Below, in pieces: positions 1 through 9,189 of a DNA stretch of 44,109 nucleotides (within the stretch, counting starts at the first letter, position 1; each line of letters opens with the position of its first letter). This DNA is from a virus. Below the pieces are notes generated by a model. The model was given only the letters and a program-made list of their open reading frames with translations, did no database searches and was not told the DNA's origin. The DNA lies in IMG/VR virus record IMGVR_UViG_3300025812_000003; one strand, 5' to 3'. The position numbers were made by a program, and so were the translations under genes.

Positions 1-768
1 GTCCGCGATGAACTTCTGGGCCGCAGCCTCGACTTCCTTGGCCAGGGCGGGGTCCAGCTTCCAGTTCGCCTTGCGGGCCTTGATGTTGAACTCGTACTTG
101 TTGCCGTTGAGCGCCATCACGATGTCGTAGTCGTAGACGCTCGTCCCTTCCTCGGGGAGCGAGGAGACGGAGCGGAAGTTGGGACGGGAGAAGTCCACGA
201 ATCCGATCTTCCACTCGATGGGGGGCGTCTTCCCGTCGGGCAGCTTGCGGTTCCCGCTTCTCGGGTCCACGTTGGTGTATTCCAGGGCCAGGGCGATGAC
301 GTGGTAGCGCCCCTCCTCGTCCAGCTTCTGGCAGCAGAAGGCCGGTTCGCCCTGCTCGCTAAGGCAGAGCACCTGCCTCTTGCCTTCCTTGGTCGTCACG
401 AAGTGACTGCGGTGCCCCCTGGGCTTGATGAACGGCAGGAGCGCGAACCGCACGACCTTGTCGCTCTTCCTTTCGGGGCGGATGCGTTCGAGCCCGTCGC
501 CCTTCTTCATGAGCTCGGTGTCGCCCCATTCCACCTCGTCTCCCACCGGGTTGCCGTCCTTGCCGCCGCCCTTGGTGGCGGGGGCGGGAAGGTCAATGTC
601 TTCCTCTGTGGATGCCTTGGCGGATGCCTGAGGAGGAGGCGGGGCCGCCTGCGGCGGTGTCTGGGGTGCTGGAGGCGGGGCCACTGGGGCCGGTGACGGC
701 GCAGCGGCGGGGGGCTTGCTGGGGACGATGTCATTGAGTTCGTCGTCTACGTCGGAAAATTGTTTCAT
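1..768 (-). CDS. T4 gp32-like single-stranded DNA-binding protein (3' end runs off window; missing from ORF track)
   Basis: Hand translation from ATG at 768 (ATGA overlap with upstream stop): MKQFSDVDDELNDIV, Pro/Ala linker, then KVVRFALLPF..GHRSHFV..VLCLSEQGEPAFCCQKL..EWKIGFVDFS..YDYDIVMALNGNKYEF, resembling the gp32 core with His/Cys zinc ligands. Confidence 0.6.
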   Translation of the reverse strand, partial: MKQFSDVDDELNDIVPSKPPAAAPSPAPVAPPPAPQTPPQAAPPPPQASAKASTEEDIDLPAPATKGGGKDGNPVGDEVEWGDTELMKKGDGLERIRPERKSDKVVRFALLPFIKPRGHRSHFVTTKEGKRQVLCLSEQGEPAFCCQKLDEEGRYHVIALALEYTNVDPRSGNRKLPDGKTPPIEWKIGFVDFSRPNFRSVSSLPEEGTSVYDYDIVMALNGNKYEFNIKARKANWKLDPALAKEVEAAAQKFIAD

Positions 769-1148
769 TTCTGGTTCTCCTTTTGATTTGTGGCTATTTG
801 CGACCCTTGGTCGATCTGGTTTTCCGGGCTACCGGAACCCCCGGCCTTCTCCAGCCTGCGGAGCCTTCCGAGGGTCACGAACCTGACCTTGCGTTTCTTG
901 CCGGTGTGCTTGGTCTCCCCCGTGAGGGGAATCCTCCTGAGGCCCGCTGGCCGGTGACGCACCGTCAGTTTCCCGAACTTGAACAGCTTGATCGCGAACC
1001 TGTCGACGTCCAGGTTCTCCGCCAGGGTGGCTTCGAGGGCCGCCAACACCCCCCTGACCATCTCCTCCGCCTCCTTCTTGCAGAGGCGGGGGAAGGCCTG
1101 CCTGACCTTCCCCATGAACATCTCAAGGCCTATCCGCGAGCTGGCCAT
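765..1148 (-). CDS. HU/IHF-family DNA-binding protein
   Basis: LCKKEAEEMVRGVL..IKLFKFGKLTVRHRPAGLRRIPLTGETKHTGKKRKVRF matches the HU/IHF arm signature; ATG 1148 follows AAAGGAAG. Confidence 0.85.
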   Translation of the reverse strand: MASSRIGLEMFMGKVRQAFPRLCKKEAEEMVRGVLAALEATLAENLDVDRFAIKLFKFGKLTVRHRPAGLRRIPLTGETKHTGKKRKVRFVTLGRLRRLEKAGGSGSPENQIDQGSQIATNQKENQK

Positions 1149-1230
1149 CCAAGGCTTCCTTTCGTTTCTTTCGGCTACCAACGCCGAACGGGCACATCAC
1201 CCATGGGGACAATACCGAAAAACGGGCAAG

Positions 1231-2007
1231 TCATCTCTGCCATATGGCGGAGACGCGCAGGGCGGCCAAATGGGGGTCCCCCCTCCTCATCCTCCAGGCG
1301 GAGATTTCGCGGACGGTGTCATGGACCTTAGACGGGTCGAGCGAGAGGCCCTTGAGGTACTTCAGCCTCGACGGGGAGACGGACAGCCCGGCCTTCCTCA
1401 GGGATTCCTCCTCGCCGGAGAGCACGAAGGCGTACGCCGAGAGGTCCTTGAACAGGGCATGGAGGCGGTACGCTGGGTCGACGCCGGGGGGAATCCACCT
1501 TATACTATCCTCCCATGGCCCGGGCCAACGCCTGTACGGGGCGGGCACGGGCCCCAGGAGGAGCCATACGGCGTTCCATATGGCCACGCGCACGTCGTCG
1601 ACGTCCTCGAATGCGAGGGCGTCCGCACACCGCCGCATCACCTCCCGGTCGACGCCCTCTTTGCCCAGGAGGAGCGCCGCGTGCTTGACCAGCGCCAGCG
1701 CCGCCGCCGACCCCTTCCTGACGGGGCCTATCGACCAGAAGGCGGCCTTCTCCCTGACGGAGGCCGACAGGTCCACCACCCTGGCCGCGGTTATGCACAG
1801 GAGGCACGGCTCCCCCGTGAGGAGGGTGGAGTCGTCCACCGCCTCGGCGAACCGGCACTTGAGGCCGAGGGCCTGCTCGGCGAACCTTATCTGCGCGGGG
1901 TCGCTGCCGACCAGGACGTTGTACTTCTTGGGGTTCTTGCGGGACAGGAGATGGAAGACGGGGGGGAAGTCGGATGCCGTTATGCCGGGCCGGTGCGGTG
2001 CGTCCAC
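1231..2007 (-). CDS. hypothetical protein, weakly reminiscent of clamp-loader delta (HolA) subunit
   Basis: 258 aa; YNVLVGSDP and LGKEGVDREVMRRCADAL loosely echo HolA; replication-gene context. Confidence 0.35.
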   Translation of the reverse strand: MDAPHRPGITASDFPPVFHLLSRKNPKKYNVLVGSDPAQIRFAEQALGLKCRFAEAVDDSTLLTGEPCLLCITAARVVDLSASVREKAAFWSIGPVRKGSAAALALVKHAALLLGKEGVDREVMRRCADALAFEDVDDVRVAIWNAVWLLLGPVPAPYRRWPGPWEDSIRWIPPGVDPAYRLHALFKDLSAYAFVLSGEEESLRKAGLSVSPSRLKYLKGLSLDPSKVHDTVREISAWRMRRGDPHLAALRVSAIWQR

Positions 2008-2026
2008 ACGGGCTTAATACTGTGCT

Positions 2027-2764
2027 TTAGGTTCTGATTGTTAAAATACGAGTGGCGATTGTCGTGCCCGACTCTTTGAACGTTCCTGGCGGAACGTCCT
2101 CGACTGTAAAGTCGGCATCCGGGAACAAGACGGCCAAGTCTTGGTCTGAGTGGGGCATTATGATGCTGACCAGGGTGCCCTTTGGTCGGAGCCAGCCAAG
2201 AGCGTGCCTCACATGTCGGATGTCTTGCCCTCTTGTAAATGGGGGGTTCATGACTATCCGATCAAACTTATCATCATCCGAGGCGGGCAAAGGCAAAGCG
2301 AGGAAGTCTGCGACGACGACGTCAAGGCATTTTTCAATCGCTCGGGCGGCAAATTCGGGATTGACCTCGATGCACTGGACGGATACGGCTCCTTCCTGCA
2401 TGCACGCATCCGCAAGGGTACCTTCGCCGCAGGACGGCTCCAATACGGAACATCCGCACACGCTTGCCATCCTTGCCACTCTCTGCGCCAGCTTCTCGGG
2501 GGTAAAGAACGCCTGGAAAAGCTTCTTTTCGTCTATGGAAACCCCAGTCTCCAAGGCGAGGCCCAGCTTGACAAGAGGGCTGCCCTGAAAGACGTGCGTC
2601 CTCGTCTGGCGGCTCCATTTGCCGCCAGCATTCACGAGGACCTTGTTCACTTGTTCGTAAAGCTTCCGCTCCAATTGCCCCGCGGGCAACGCTAGCTGGT
2701 TTCCAGATACGGTGGAACGCCGGAGCACGTCCTCGACTTCTGGCGAAATTTTGGCGTTGGACAT
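2027..2764 (-). CDS. SAM-dependent N6-adenine-type DNA methyltransferase
   Basis: FFTP, VLEPSCGEG (motif I), FDRIVMNPPF (motif IV), GTFKESGT. Confidence 0.85.
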   Translation of the reverse strand: MSNAKISPEVEDVLRRSTVSGNQLALPAGQLERKLYEQVNKVLVNAGGKWSRQTRTHVFQGSPLVKLGLALETGVSIDEKKLFQAFFTPEKLAQRVARMASVCGCSVLEPSCGEGTLADACMQEGAVSVQCIEVNPEFAARAIEKCLDVVVADFLALPLPASDDDKFDRIVMNPPFTRGQDIRHVRHALGWLRPKGTLVSIIMPHSDQDLAVLFPDADFTVEDVPPGTFKESGTTIATRILTIRT

Positions 2765-2774
2765 AGCATCTCCT

Positions 2775-3095
2775 CTAGCTCAATTCGGTATACGCTGCGG
2801 TCAAAATCTTGAACTGCTCGGTCGCTTCCTCCAGGGTCATGCGGTTGATGATGATGCGGTCGGGATGGCACGCCATGCTCAGGCGGCGGTAGGCGCTCCT
2901 GATTTCGGCCTTGCTGGCGTTGGCCCCGACACCCAGGATTTCCCGGGCGGTGCGCCTCTGCCCGTGCAGGATTTCCTTCGCCTCGTCCTTGCTCATCCGC
3001 TTGCGGAACGCCGAGCGCCACTGGGCGGGGCTGCCGTAGCCCTCCGCCTCGGGGTCGTAGGTCTTGTAGTTTCCGCCGAAGGGCCGCTTGCTCAT
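2775..3095 (-). CDS. J-domain (DnaJ-type) protein
   Basis: EILGVGANASKAEIRSAYRRLSMACHPDR..ATEQFKILTAAYTELS, intact HPD motif. Confidence 0.9.
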   Translation of the reverse strand: MSKRPFGGNYKTYDPEAEGYGSPAQWRSAFRKRMSKDEAKEILHGQRRTAREILGVGANASKAEIRSAYRRLSMACHPDRIIINRMTLEEATEQFKILTAAYTELS

Positions 3096-3331
3096 TGCGC
3101 CGCCTTTTTGTGGGGCTCGATTTGATAGCGGGTACGGATGACCGTCCCAAAATCGGAGAGACGGCCCGTGTATTTCCTGCCTGCGGTCAACAGGGCCTTG
3201 TCCACTCCCGTCCCCTTAAAGATTTCCAGCACGACACAGACATGCCAACGGCCGTCCTCGCCGCGTGCCCGCACCTTGTCGCCTTCCTTGACGGTGGTGC
3301 CGTCCGGCAATGTCATGATTCGGTTGCTCAT
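3092..3331 (-). CDS. small hypothetical protein (SH3/Tudor-like beta barrel?)
   Basis: VKEGDKVRARGEDGRWHVCVVLEI; ATGA overlaps on both sides. Confidence 0.55.
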   Translation of the reverse strand: MSNRIMTLPDGTTVKEGDKVRARGEDGRWHVCVVLEIFKGTGVDKALLTAGRKYTGRLSDFGTVIRTRYQIEPHKKAAQ

Positions 3332-3588
3332 TTCAGCAAGGCCTCGAAGGGCTTCATGTCGGCAGGAATGCTAAGGGCTGCCAAATGCTTGCAGTGGCGG
3401 TAGCGAATCCAACCCATGCAGGAGCATCCCCAATGGCGGCCAGCCTTGTTCTGCGACACGACGTAGACCCGGTTGGAGCTTTCGGACCTGATCTCGAAGC
3501 GGTTCGTCCATTGGGCGTTGTCGGCGAGCTTGATGGTCCCTGGCGGGGTGTAGATGACGATCTGCTGTTTTGCTGCGGCTGCTGGCAT
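3328..3588 (-). CDS. SWIM zinc-finger protein
   Basis: YVVS..WGCSCMGWIRYRHCKHL (CxC..CxH). Confidence 0.8.
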   Translation of the reverse strand: MPAAAAKQQIVIYTPPGTIKLADNAQWTNRFEIRSESSNRVYVVSQNKAGRHWGCSCMGWIRYRHCKHLAALSIPADMKPFEALLK

Positions 3589-3589
3589 G

Positions 3590-3886
3590 CTATTTCCCTC
3601 CTAGATTCGACCAAAAATTCCTGGCGGCCTTGACGACCGCTGTGCGCAATCCCGGCACCTCGTCGATGCGGATGCGGTTTCGCCCGCGAGGGCCAGCCAG
3701 TTGGACTGTGATTATTTGCGACGTTCCGACCATGCGGCGCACCGCCCTGACGCTGGCGTATACCGAACCGGACGAATACCCCGAGACTTCCACGCCGAAG
3801 TACAGGACGTCCAGCCCGGGGAATCGGTCGTCGGGCTGGACCATATTGAGCGCCTCAAGCTTCAATCCTTTGTTCCATTTTTCCAT
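3590..3886 (-). CDS. hypothetical protein
   Basis: ATG 3886 after GAAGGGA; first gene below the repeated promoter element. Confidence 0.6.
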   Translation of the reverse strand: MEKWNKGLKLEALNMVQPDDRFPGLDVLYFGVEVSGYSSGSVYASVRAVRRMVGTSQIITVQLAGPRGRNRIRIDEVPGLRTAVVKAARNFWSNLGGK

Positions 3887-3905
3887 GCTTGGTTTCCCTT
3901 CATCT

Positions 3906-3946
3906 ACATTATACACCGGGATACACAAATTTTTCGGGGATTCTTC
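3906..3946 (-). promoter_or_regulatory. repeated promoter element, copy 1 (TGTATCCCGGTGTATAAT)
   Basis: 16-bp core identical at 3910-3925, 32921-32936 and 33551-33566; ends in a TATAAT -10 box. Confidence 0.75.
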
Positions 3947-3953
3947 GGGCGGT

Positions 3954-4688
3954 CTAAGCCACTAAGAGCTTTGGTCTTACTGACTGAAACTTCTTATGGG
4001 CGGAAGTAAGCTCGATGAGGAACAGGTCGGCGTCGATCATGTGGAGGAGGACGCGCCTCCCCAAGTCCGTGATGGCGAACCCCTGCGGGGCCCCGGCGAC
4101 CAGCCCGTATTGCGCGCCGATCAGCAGGAGGTTCTCCGCCAGTTGGTAGATCATTTTCCTGGAGACCGCCTTCGCCTTGTCACCCTCGACCTCCACCCCA
4201 TCCTCGTCCGTGAACTTCAGCCTTATCGCCTCCTCCAGGGGCTCGATGAGGTACTCATGGACGGGGTCGTTGAGCTCCTTGAGGACCAGGATCAGGGCGG
4301 CCCTCACGAACGGGGCGAGGGGCTGCATGATCGTCTTGACGGGGTCGACCATGAACACCTTCACCATGACAGCCACCCCGAAGGTGGCACCCCACTTGGT
4401 CGCCCCGATGAGGGAGGGATGGAAGGAAAACTCCGACATGGTCGGGTACTTGGCGTATTTCTCCAGGAGCTCCCTCTGCCCCAGGACCAGCCTCTTGATC
4501 TCCTCCGGCCCGGAAAGCTTGCCGGTGGCGAGCTGCTTGGCCGTGACCAGGGCCATCATCTCCCTCCTGACCTCCTGGGCGATGACCTTCTGGGCGAACA
4601 GGACCTTCTTGAGGTCGTCCATCGTGCCGAGGCGGACGAGCGGCCTCGGCACGACGTCTTCCCTGCCTGCGGGCTCCTTGACCATCAT
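3954..4688 (-). CDS. hypothetical protein (possible C-terminal winged helix)
   Basis: ATG 4688 after AAGGAGG; C-terminal YGLV..GFAITDLGRRVL. Confidence 0.6.
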   Translation of the reverse strand: MMVKEPAGREDVVPRPLVRLGTMDDLKKVLFAQKVIAQEVRREMMALVTAKQLATGKLSGPEEIKRLVLGQRELLEKYAKYPTMSEFSFHPSLIGATKWGATFGVAVMVKVFMVDPVKTIMQPLAPFVRAALILVLKELNDPVHEYLIEPLEEAIRLKFTDEDGVEVEGDKAKAVSRKMIYQLAENLLLIGAQYGLVAGAPQGFAITDLGRRVLLHMIDADLFLIELTSAHKKFQSVRPKLLVA

Positions 4689-4795
4689 GCCTCCTTGGCA
4701 GGCCCCCTGCGATGCTTCCTCCGGTGCGCCGCGAACTTCCAGGATTTCCTCGTCCTGTAGCCGCACGGGCACGCATACTTGTACTTGGGCTTCAT
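4685..4795 (-). CDS. 36-aa C2H2-like zinc-finger microprotein (not in ORF track)
   Basis: MKPKYKYACPCGYRTRKSWKFAAHRRKHRRGPAKEA; RBS GAGGAGG; stop overlaps next ATG. Confidence 0.7.
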   Translation of the reverse strand: MKPKYKYACPCGYRTRKSWKFAAHRRKHRRGPAKEA

Positions 4796-4811
4796 CCTTC
4801 CTCCTCTTGGG

Positions 4812-5240
4812 CTATGCCGTGGCCAGCAGCCTTTCCGGTGCCCGGAAGACCCTGATGGCCCCCTGCGGGGGCCTGAACGGGACGGGCTTCCCGAAGCGCC
4901 TCGGGCTCCCCATGATGGCCACGTACGCCTGCCCCGTGCTGCCGTACAGGTTCGGGTCGTCGTCGAAGTAGCTCTGCGGCAGCTCCTCGACCGGCACCAC
5001 GTCCTTCACGACGACGGAGCCGACGATGGCCCCGACCGGGACGTCGGCGACCTTCTTGCGCAGCTTGTAGTCCGCCCACCCCCAGTCGTCGACGCGGTTC
5101 GACGACGTGTAGAGCAGGATCGGCCCCCGGTGCTTCCAGTTGAAGCTGATCGTCTTGACCTTCCGCTTCCCGGAGAGCACCAGCTCGTTCCACGGGGCCC
5201 TGTTGGCCATCACCGGCACGGTCTTTTCTTCTTTTTTCAT
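4812..5240 (-). CDS. ASCH domain protein
   Basis: RAPWNELVLSGKRKVKT..WKHRGPILLYTS..PVGAIVGSVVVKDV..PRRFGKPVPF. Confidence 0.8.
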   Translation of the reverse strand: MKKEEKTVPVMANRAPWNELVLSGKRKVKTISFNWKHRGPILLYTSSNRVDDWGWADYKLRKKVADVPVGAIVGSVVVKDVVPVEELPQSYFDDDPNLYGSTGQAYVAIMGSPRRFGKPVPFRPPQGAIRVFRAPERLLATA

Positions 5241-5407
5241 TTGTCCCTCCCACGGATTTCGACATCGACCCATTCCATCCCCCAGCGCCTGGCGGACGCC
5301 TTCCGCTGGGCCAGGACCTCGTCGTCGCCCATGCGAAGGTCGAGGACCAGCCCGTAAACGCAAAACAGGATAAAACAGGCAACGACAACCATCATCCCAT
5401 ATCTCAT
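5237..5407 (-). CDS. small membrane protein
   Basis: N-terminal hydrophobic helix MMVVVACFILFCVYGLVL. Confidence 0.55.
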   Translation of the reverse strand: MRYGMMVVVACFILFCVYGLVLDLRMGDDEVLAQRKASARRWGMEWVDVEIRGRDK

Positions 5408-5421
5408 GGACTGCCCCCTTT

Positions 5422-5613
5422 TTAGAATACGCTGAAGCACGGGTTCCCGCAGTTGCACATCAGGTCCCCCGGATGGAGGCACCTACATGCCAGGATAGTG
5501 GGCTGGGGTTCCTTTCTTTCCTTCGCACCATGACAGTAGATTTCGACCTTCCGCAGCGTCTCCCCGCAGACCCCGCACTTCTCGCCTTCCTTTTCCGCCA
5601 GTTTCTCAGACAT
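5422..5613 (-). CDS. small Cys-rich protein
   Basis: CGVC..CRC..CNCGNPC in 63 aa; operon-like spacing. Confidence 0.55.
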   Translation of the reverse strand: MSEKLAEKEGEKCGVCGETLRKVEIYCHGAKERKEPQPTILACRCLHPGDLMCNCGNPCFSVF

Positions 5614-5902
5614 GCTGCCCCCTCGCCGCCAAGTGCGTCCTCAAGAACCTTATTACTGCCGGGATGGACCTGACGGTCTCGGTGGACCTCCCGACCGACA
5701 CGTAGCAGTATCCCCCGCAGTACACATCCACGACCCACTCGACTCCGCCCGTGGCGGCCAGGAACCGCCAGTTGGGGACGAGCTTGTTCGACTCCCTCCA
5801 TCCCATCCGCATGGGCCCGTCCATCGGAACGGAGCGCTCAAGCACCGCCCTGACCTGGGCGACGTCCTGCGGCCTCGGATACCTGGGGCGGAACTTGCGC
5901 AT
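5606..5902 (-). CDS. hypothetical protein
   Basis: ATG 5902 overlaps upstream TGA. Confidence 0.55.
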   Translation of the reverse strand: MRKFRPRYPRPQDVAQVRAVLERSVPMDGPMRMGWRESNKLVPNWRFLAATGGVEWVVDVYCGGYCYVSVGRSTETVRSIPAVIRFLRTHLAARGQHV

Positions 5903-6180
5903 CAGTTCTTCGCCGCATCGTGATGGTCGGGCGAGAACCCGAACATCGGAATCTGGCGGGAGTCGGGCAGGAGAGAGGATGCTTCCTTCTCCGACAACAG
6001 GCCTTCCGGCGGTCCCTGGGAATACAGGAACTGCGCACGATGTCCGGCTTCTCTCCACGAAATGAAGAACAACACCTTCTGCCGCCTCTGGCGGAACGCC
6101 AAGCCCGACGGGCCTATGCTGACGAACCACCCGCCCGGCAGCCTCCTGCGTATCGTCCTGGAAATGCCCAGCGTCTTCAT
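5902..6180 (-). CDS. hypothetical protein
   Basis: RBS GGAGGAGG; 92 aa; tightly coupled to neighbours. Confidence 0.6.
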   Translation of the reverse strand: MKTLGISRTIRRRLPGGWFVSIGPSGLAFRQRRQKVLFFISWREAGHRAQFLYSQGPPEGLLSEKEASSLLPDSRQIPMFGFSPDHHDAAKN

Positions 6181-6431
6181 GGCGTGCCTCCTCCTTGGCC
6201 CTTCTCCACCAAGAGCCTTCCGCGATCGGAAATTTCGTAGTCGTCGTGGTCTCCGTGCTGTATCAGACCATTATTCAAAAGCTCGTAGACGGTTCCCCAC
6301 CGAACATTCTTCAGGACGTATGATCCCTTGGACTTGCTCCCGGATTCGAGCAGGTAGTGCCCGACATGGGGCATTATGCTGCCGGAATCGGCAAGCAAGC
6401 GAAGCACGGATAATCTATAGGATGGTCTCAT
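6177..6431 (-). CDS. small winged-helix-like protein
   Basis: WGTVYELLNNGLI..YEISDRGR. Confidence 0.5.
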   Translation of the reverse strand: MRPSYRLSVLRLLADSGSIMPHVGHYLLESGSKSKGSYVLKNVRWGTVYELLNNGLIQHGDHDDYEISDRGRLLVEKGQGGGTP

Positions 6432-6435
6432 ATCC

Positions 6436-8247
6436 TTACCAATCCACCTCGTACTCCCCCGGGAACATCAGGGACTCGGCCCACCAGGGCGAGAACATCT
6501 TCCCGGCCTTCTGGACGAAGTAGCCGAACGCCGCGTCCAGGATGTAGTGGGTGGCCTTGTCGCCGACGTGCCGGTTGGAGCGCCCCGTGGCCTGCTGCAG
6601 GTGGAGCGCCGTGGTCCAGTCGTACCATTCCGGGTCGAGGGCGATGCGCGCCTTCACGTAGTTCGACAGGAACTCGTACGGGACCTTCACCACGATGCTG
6701 AACCGGCTGAGGTCGTCCTTCAGGTCCAGCCCCTCGGTCATCGAGGGCGATATGATGACGGTCGGCACCCCCACCTTCTCGATGTGCTCCGCCACGATCC
6801 TCTCCCTGTCCCCCTTCACCCCCTCCTCGTGCGTCAGCACGCGGTCCCCGAGCCCGTGGTCCCGCAGGTACTGCACGACGTACTTGGTGATCTTGTAGGT
6901 GTGGGTGTGGATGATCCCCTTATCGTTGGCATGCTTCCTCAGGATTCTCTCTATCTCCGCGGCCACCAGGGGGAGGGACTGGTCGATGGTCTTGGCGCTC
7001 ATGTTGGCGACTGGGCGGTAGAGGATGCGGCGGTTCTCCACCGGGAAGTCGCTCGGGAGGGCCACGCACACCGCGTCGTCCTTGTCGATGCCCAGGTTCC
7101 GCAGGAAGGTGCCGAAGTCCAGGATGGTGGCGCTCATCAGGACGACCTTCTCGGCCTTGGAGAACAGGAGTTTGTCGGCGAAGAGGGTGGCGGTCAGGGG
7201 CTTGATGATCATCTTGGCGGGCAGGAGGGGAATCTTGGCCCCGCACTCCCGCTTCCAGCACTTCGTCGTCCCGGGCCGGAGCTTGGCCCGGCATTCCGGG
7301 CACTTGGTAGTCTCGGACTCGGACCATACCATCCATCCCTTGCGGTCCTCGGACTTGAGGAACATGTCGAGCTGCCCGAGGTACCTTTCCAGGCCGCTCG
7401 CCTTCTTGCTGAGCCTCGCGGCCTCCTTCTTCATGGTGTCGCGCAGGCCCTCCGCCTCCATCTGGAGCTTCTGCACGGCAACGAGGACGGCGGGCTGGAA
7501 CTCCTGCTTGAGCCAGTCGAGCGCCACCCCCATGCCCTCGGCGTCGGGCTTGACGAAGGGGACGGAGCAGAAGTCTATCCCCACTTCCTCGCATCGCCAG
7601 CGGGTGACCTCGGTGTTGGCCATCCCGAGTATGTGCTGCTCGGTGCCGTGCGCCTCGTCCAGGACGAGCATGGAGCGGTTCCTGAGTTGCCCCGAAAAGG
7701 ACGTTTCCGCGAGGTAGTAGGCGAAGTTGGTCACGCCCAGGGGGCTGGAGCAAAAGATTTTCTTGGCGACCTTGTACCCGTGGCACCCCCCCGGCTGGGC
7801 GTGCTCCTCGTACATGAAGTCGGCCGCCTCGCAGTCCATCTCCTCGCCGCCCTCCTCCACCGGATAGTAGTAGCCGCAGGTGTAGTTGGACTTGCCCTTC
7901 AGCTCCACGAGGCCCATGCCGCCGAAGTCCCCGAGGTACTGCTCGGTGAGGGTCTTCTGCGGCGACAGGATGTACGTCCCGGCATCATAGCACCCGCCAG
8001 GTGCCATGACCCGGGCCCACGACCCCGCCGCTATGGCCAGCCCGGACTTCCCGGAGCCCGTGGGAAGCTCAAGGACGACGTACTTCTTGTTCTCCAGGTA
8101 CGCCCGCTCCACCGCCTTGAGGGCGGCCTCCTGCGCAGGACGGATGCTGTCGAACGGGAAATGATCCCTGATTTCCTTGGATTCTATCAGCGACAGCCAT
8201 TTCCTGCAAGTCTCTCGGGCTTCCTGGACGGCTAGGGGGTCCCCCAT
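6436..8247 (-). CDS. DinG/XPD-family SF2 DNA helicase
   Basis: Q-motif IRPAQ, ELPTGSGKS, LDEAH, MSAT, MTEGLDL, QATGRSNRH. Confidence 0.9.
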   Translation of the reverse strand: MGDPLAVQEARETCRKWLSLIESKEIRDHFPFDSIRPAQEAALKAVERAYLENKKYVVLELPTGSGKSGLAIAAGSWARVMAPGGCYDAGTYILSPQKTLTEQYLGDFGGMGLVELKGKSNYTCGYYYPVEEGGEEMDCEAADFMYEEHAQPGGCHGYKVAKKIFCSSPLGVTNFAYYLAETSFSGQLRNRSMLVLDEAHGTEQHILGMANTEVTRWRCEEVGIDFCSVPFVKPDAEGMGVALDWLKQEFQPAVLVAVQKLQMEAEGLRDTMKKEAARLSKKASGLERYLGQLDMFLKSEDRKGWMVWSESETTKCPECRAKLRPGTTKCWKRECGAKIPLLPAKMIIKPLTATLFADKLLFSKAEKVVLMSATILDFGTFLRNLGIDKDDAVCVALPSDFPVENRRILYRPVANMSAKTIDQSLPLVAAEIERILRKHANDKGIIHTHTYKITKYVVQYLRDHGLGDRVLTHEEGVKGDRERIVAEHIEKVGVPTVIISPSMTEGLDLKDDLSRFSIVVKVPYEFLSNYVKARIALDPEWYDWTTALHLQQATGRSNRHVGDKATHYILDAAFGYFVQKAGKMFSPWWAESLMFPGEYEVDW

Positions 8248-8312
8248 GGGATTTTGTCCTCATGGGTATAATACACCGAAAAATGACTTTGAAGGGGGGT
8301 TTTTGGCTACTT

Positions 8313-9017
8313 TTAGAAAACGACGGGGCGGAAGCAGTCGCTCGTGCAGCCATAGCCATTCACCTGCTCGCGCAGGACTACGGCCTGTTCCTCCTTGGGA
8401 AGCAGGTCCAGGACCTCCTCCATGGCCTTCCATATGCCGTCCCGGAACTCCGGGCCCTCGATCCTGCCCTTCTCGTCCTCCTCCATCCCCACGTACTTCC
8501 TCGCCAGGGACGTCAGAGCGGAGCACAGGGAGGAGCACGTCCCGGCAGGGATGCCGTCGCCCGCGGACTCCTTGAGGAGCCTTACGGCCTCCAATATCCT
8601 CTCCTCGGGGGAGTCCATGTGGTTGTAGATGCACATCAGCTTGAAGGCCAGCTTCTGCCTGGGCCTGAGGCGGTCCCACGAGGGGGAGGACCTGGAGGAC
8701 ATCTCCTCCGCCACGTCCTCCAGCATGCCCTCCGCCCTGAGCCACCTCTCGGCCTGGCCAAGCTCATCCGGGGCAAGGGACAGGAAGCGCCCGATGCGCC
8801 GCTCCTTCTCGCTGCGGACGAGCGCGGGCGAGCATGCCGCCGACCGGGCGCTGCCGATGCAGCAGAGGTGCAGGTCGGGGTACCTGATCCGGCGCAGGGC
8901 CTTGCTCGTGAACCTCTTCCCCTCGGAGGCGAGCTCCTTGCGGGCGTCTGAGAAGCGCACGGACGGCTGGATGGTCTCGACCTCCACCTTGAGCGGGAAT
9001 CCCTCGGCGTCCTTCAT
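8313..9017 (-). CDS. hypothetical protein
   Basis: ATG 5 nt below a CGGTATTGT promoter motif. Confidence 0.6.
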   Translation of the reverse strand: MKDAEGFPLKVEVETIQPSVRFSDARKELASEGKRFTSKALRRIRYPDLHLCCIGSARSAACSPALVRSEKERRIGRFLSLAPDELGQAERWLRAEGMLEDVAEEMSSRSSPSWDRLRPRQKLAFKLMCIYNHMDSPEERILEAVRLLKESAGDGIPAGTCSSLCSALTSLARKYVGMEEDEKGRIEGPEFRDGIWKAMEEVLDLLPKEEQAVVLREQVNGYGCTSDCFRPVVF

Positions 9018-9111
9018 GATCGACAATACCGTCCTTCCGCGTTACCTCGATACGAGGAGCTTGTGCCACTAAAAAAGATAGGCAATAGGCGAGATTTGGG
9101 ACGAAGGAAGC

Positions 9112-9148
9112 AAAAAAAATGCGGCAAGGCCCCGAGGGGCCCTGCCGC
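9112..9148 (-). terminator. intrinsic terminator
   Basis: GCGGCAGGGCCCC-TC-GGGGCCTTGCCGC then ATTTTTTTT, downstream of 9190-10788. Confidence 0.85.
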
Positions 9149-9189
9149 CTGAATCCGGTCGGAACGCGACGGGATTACGATACGGATGG

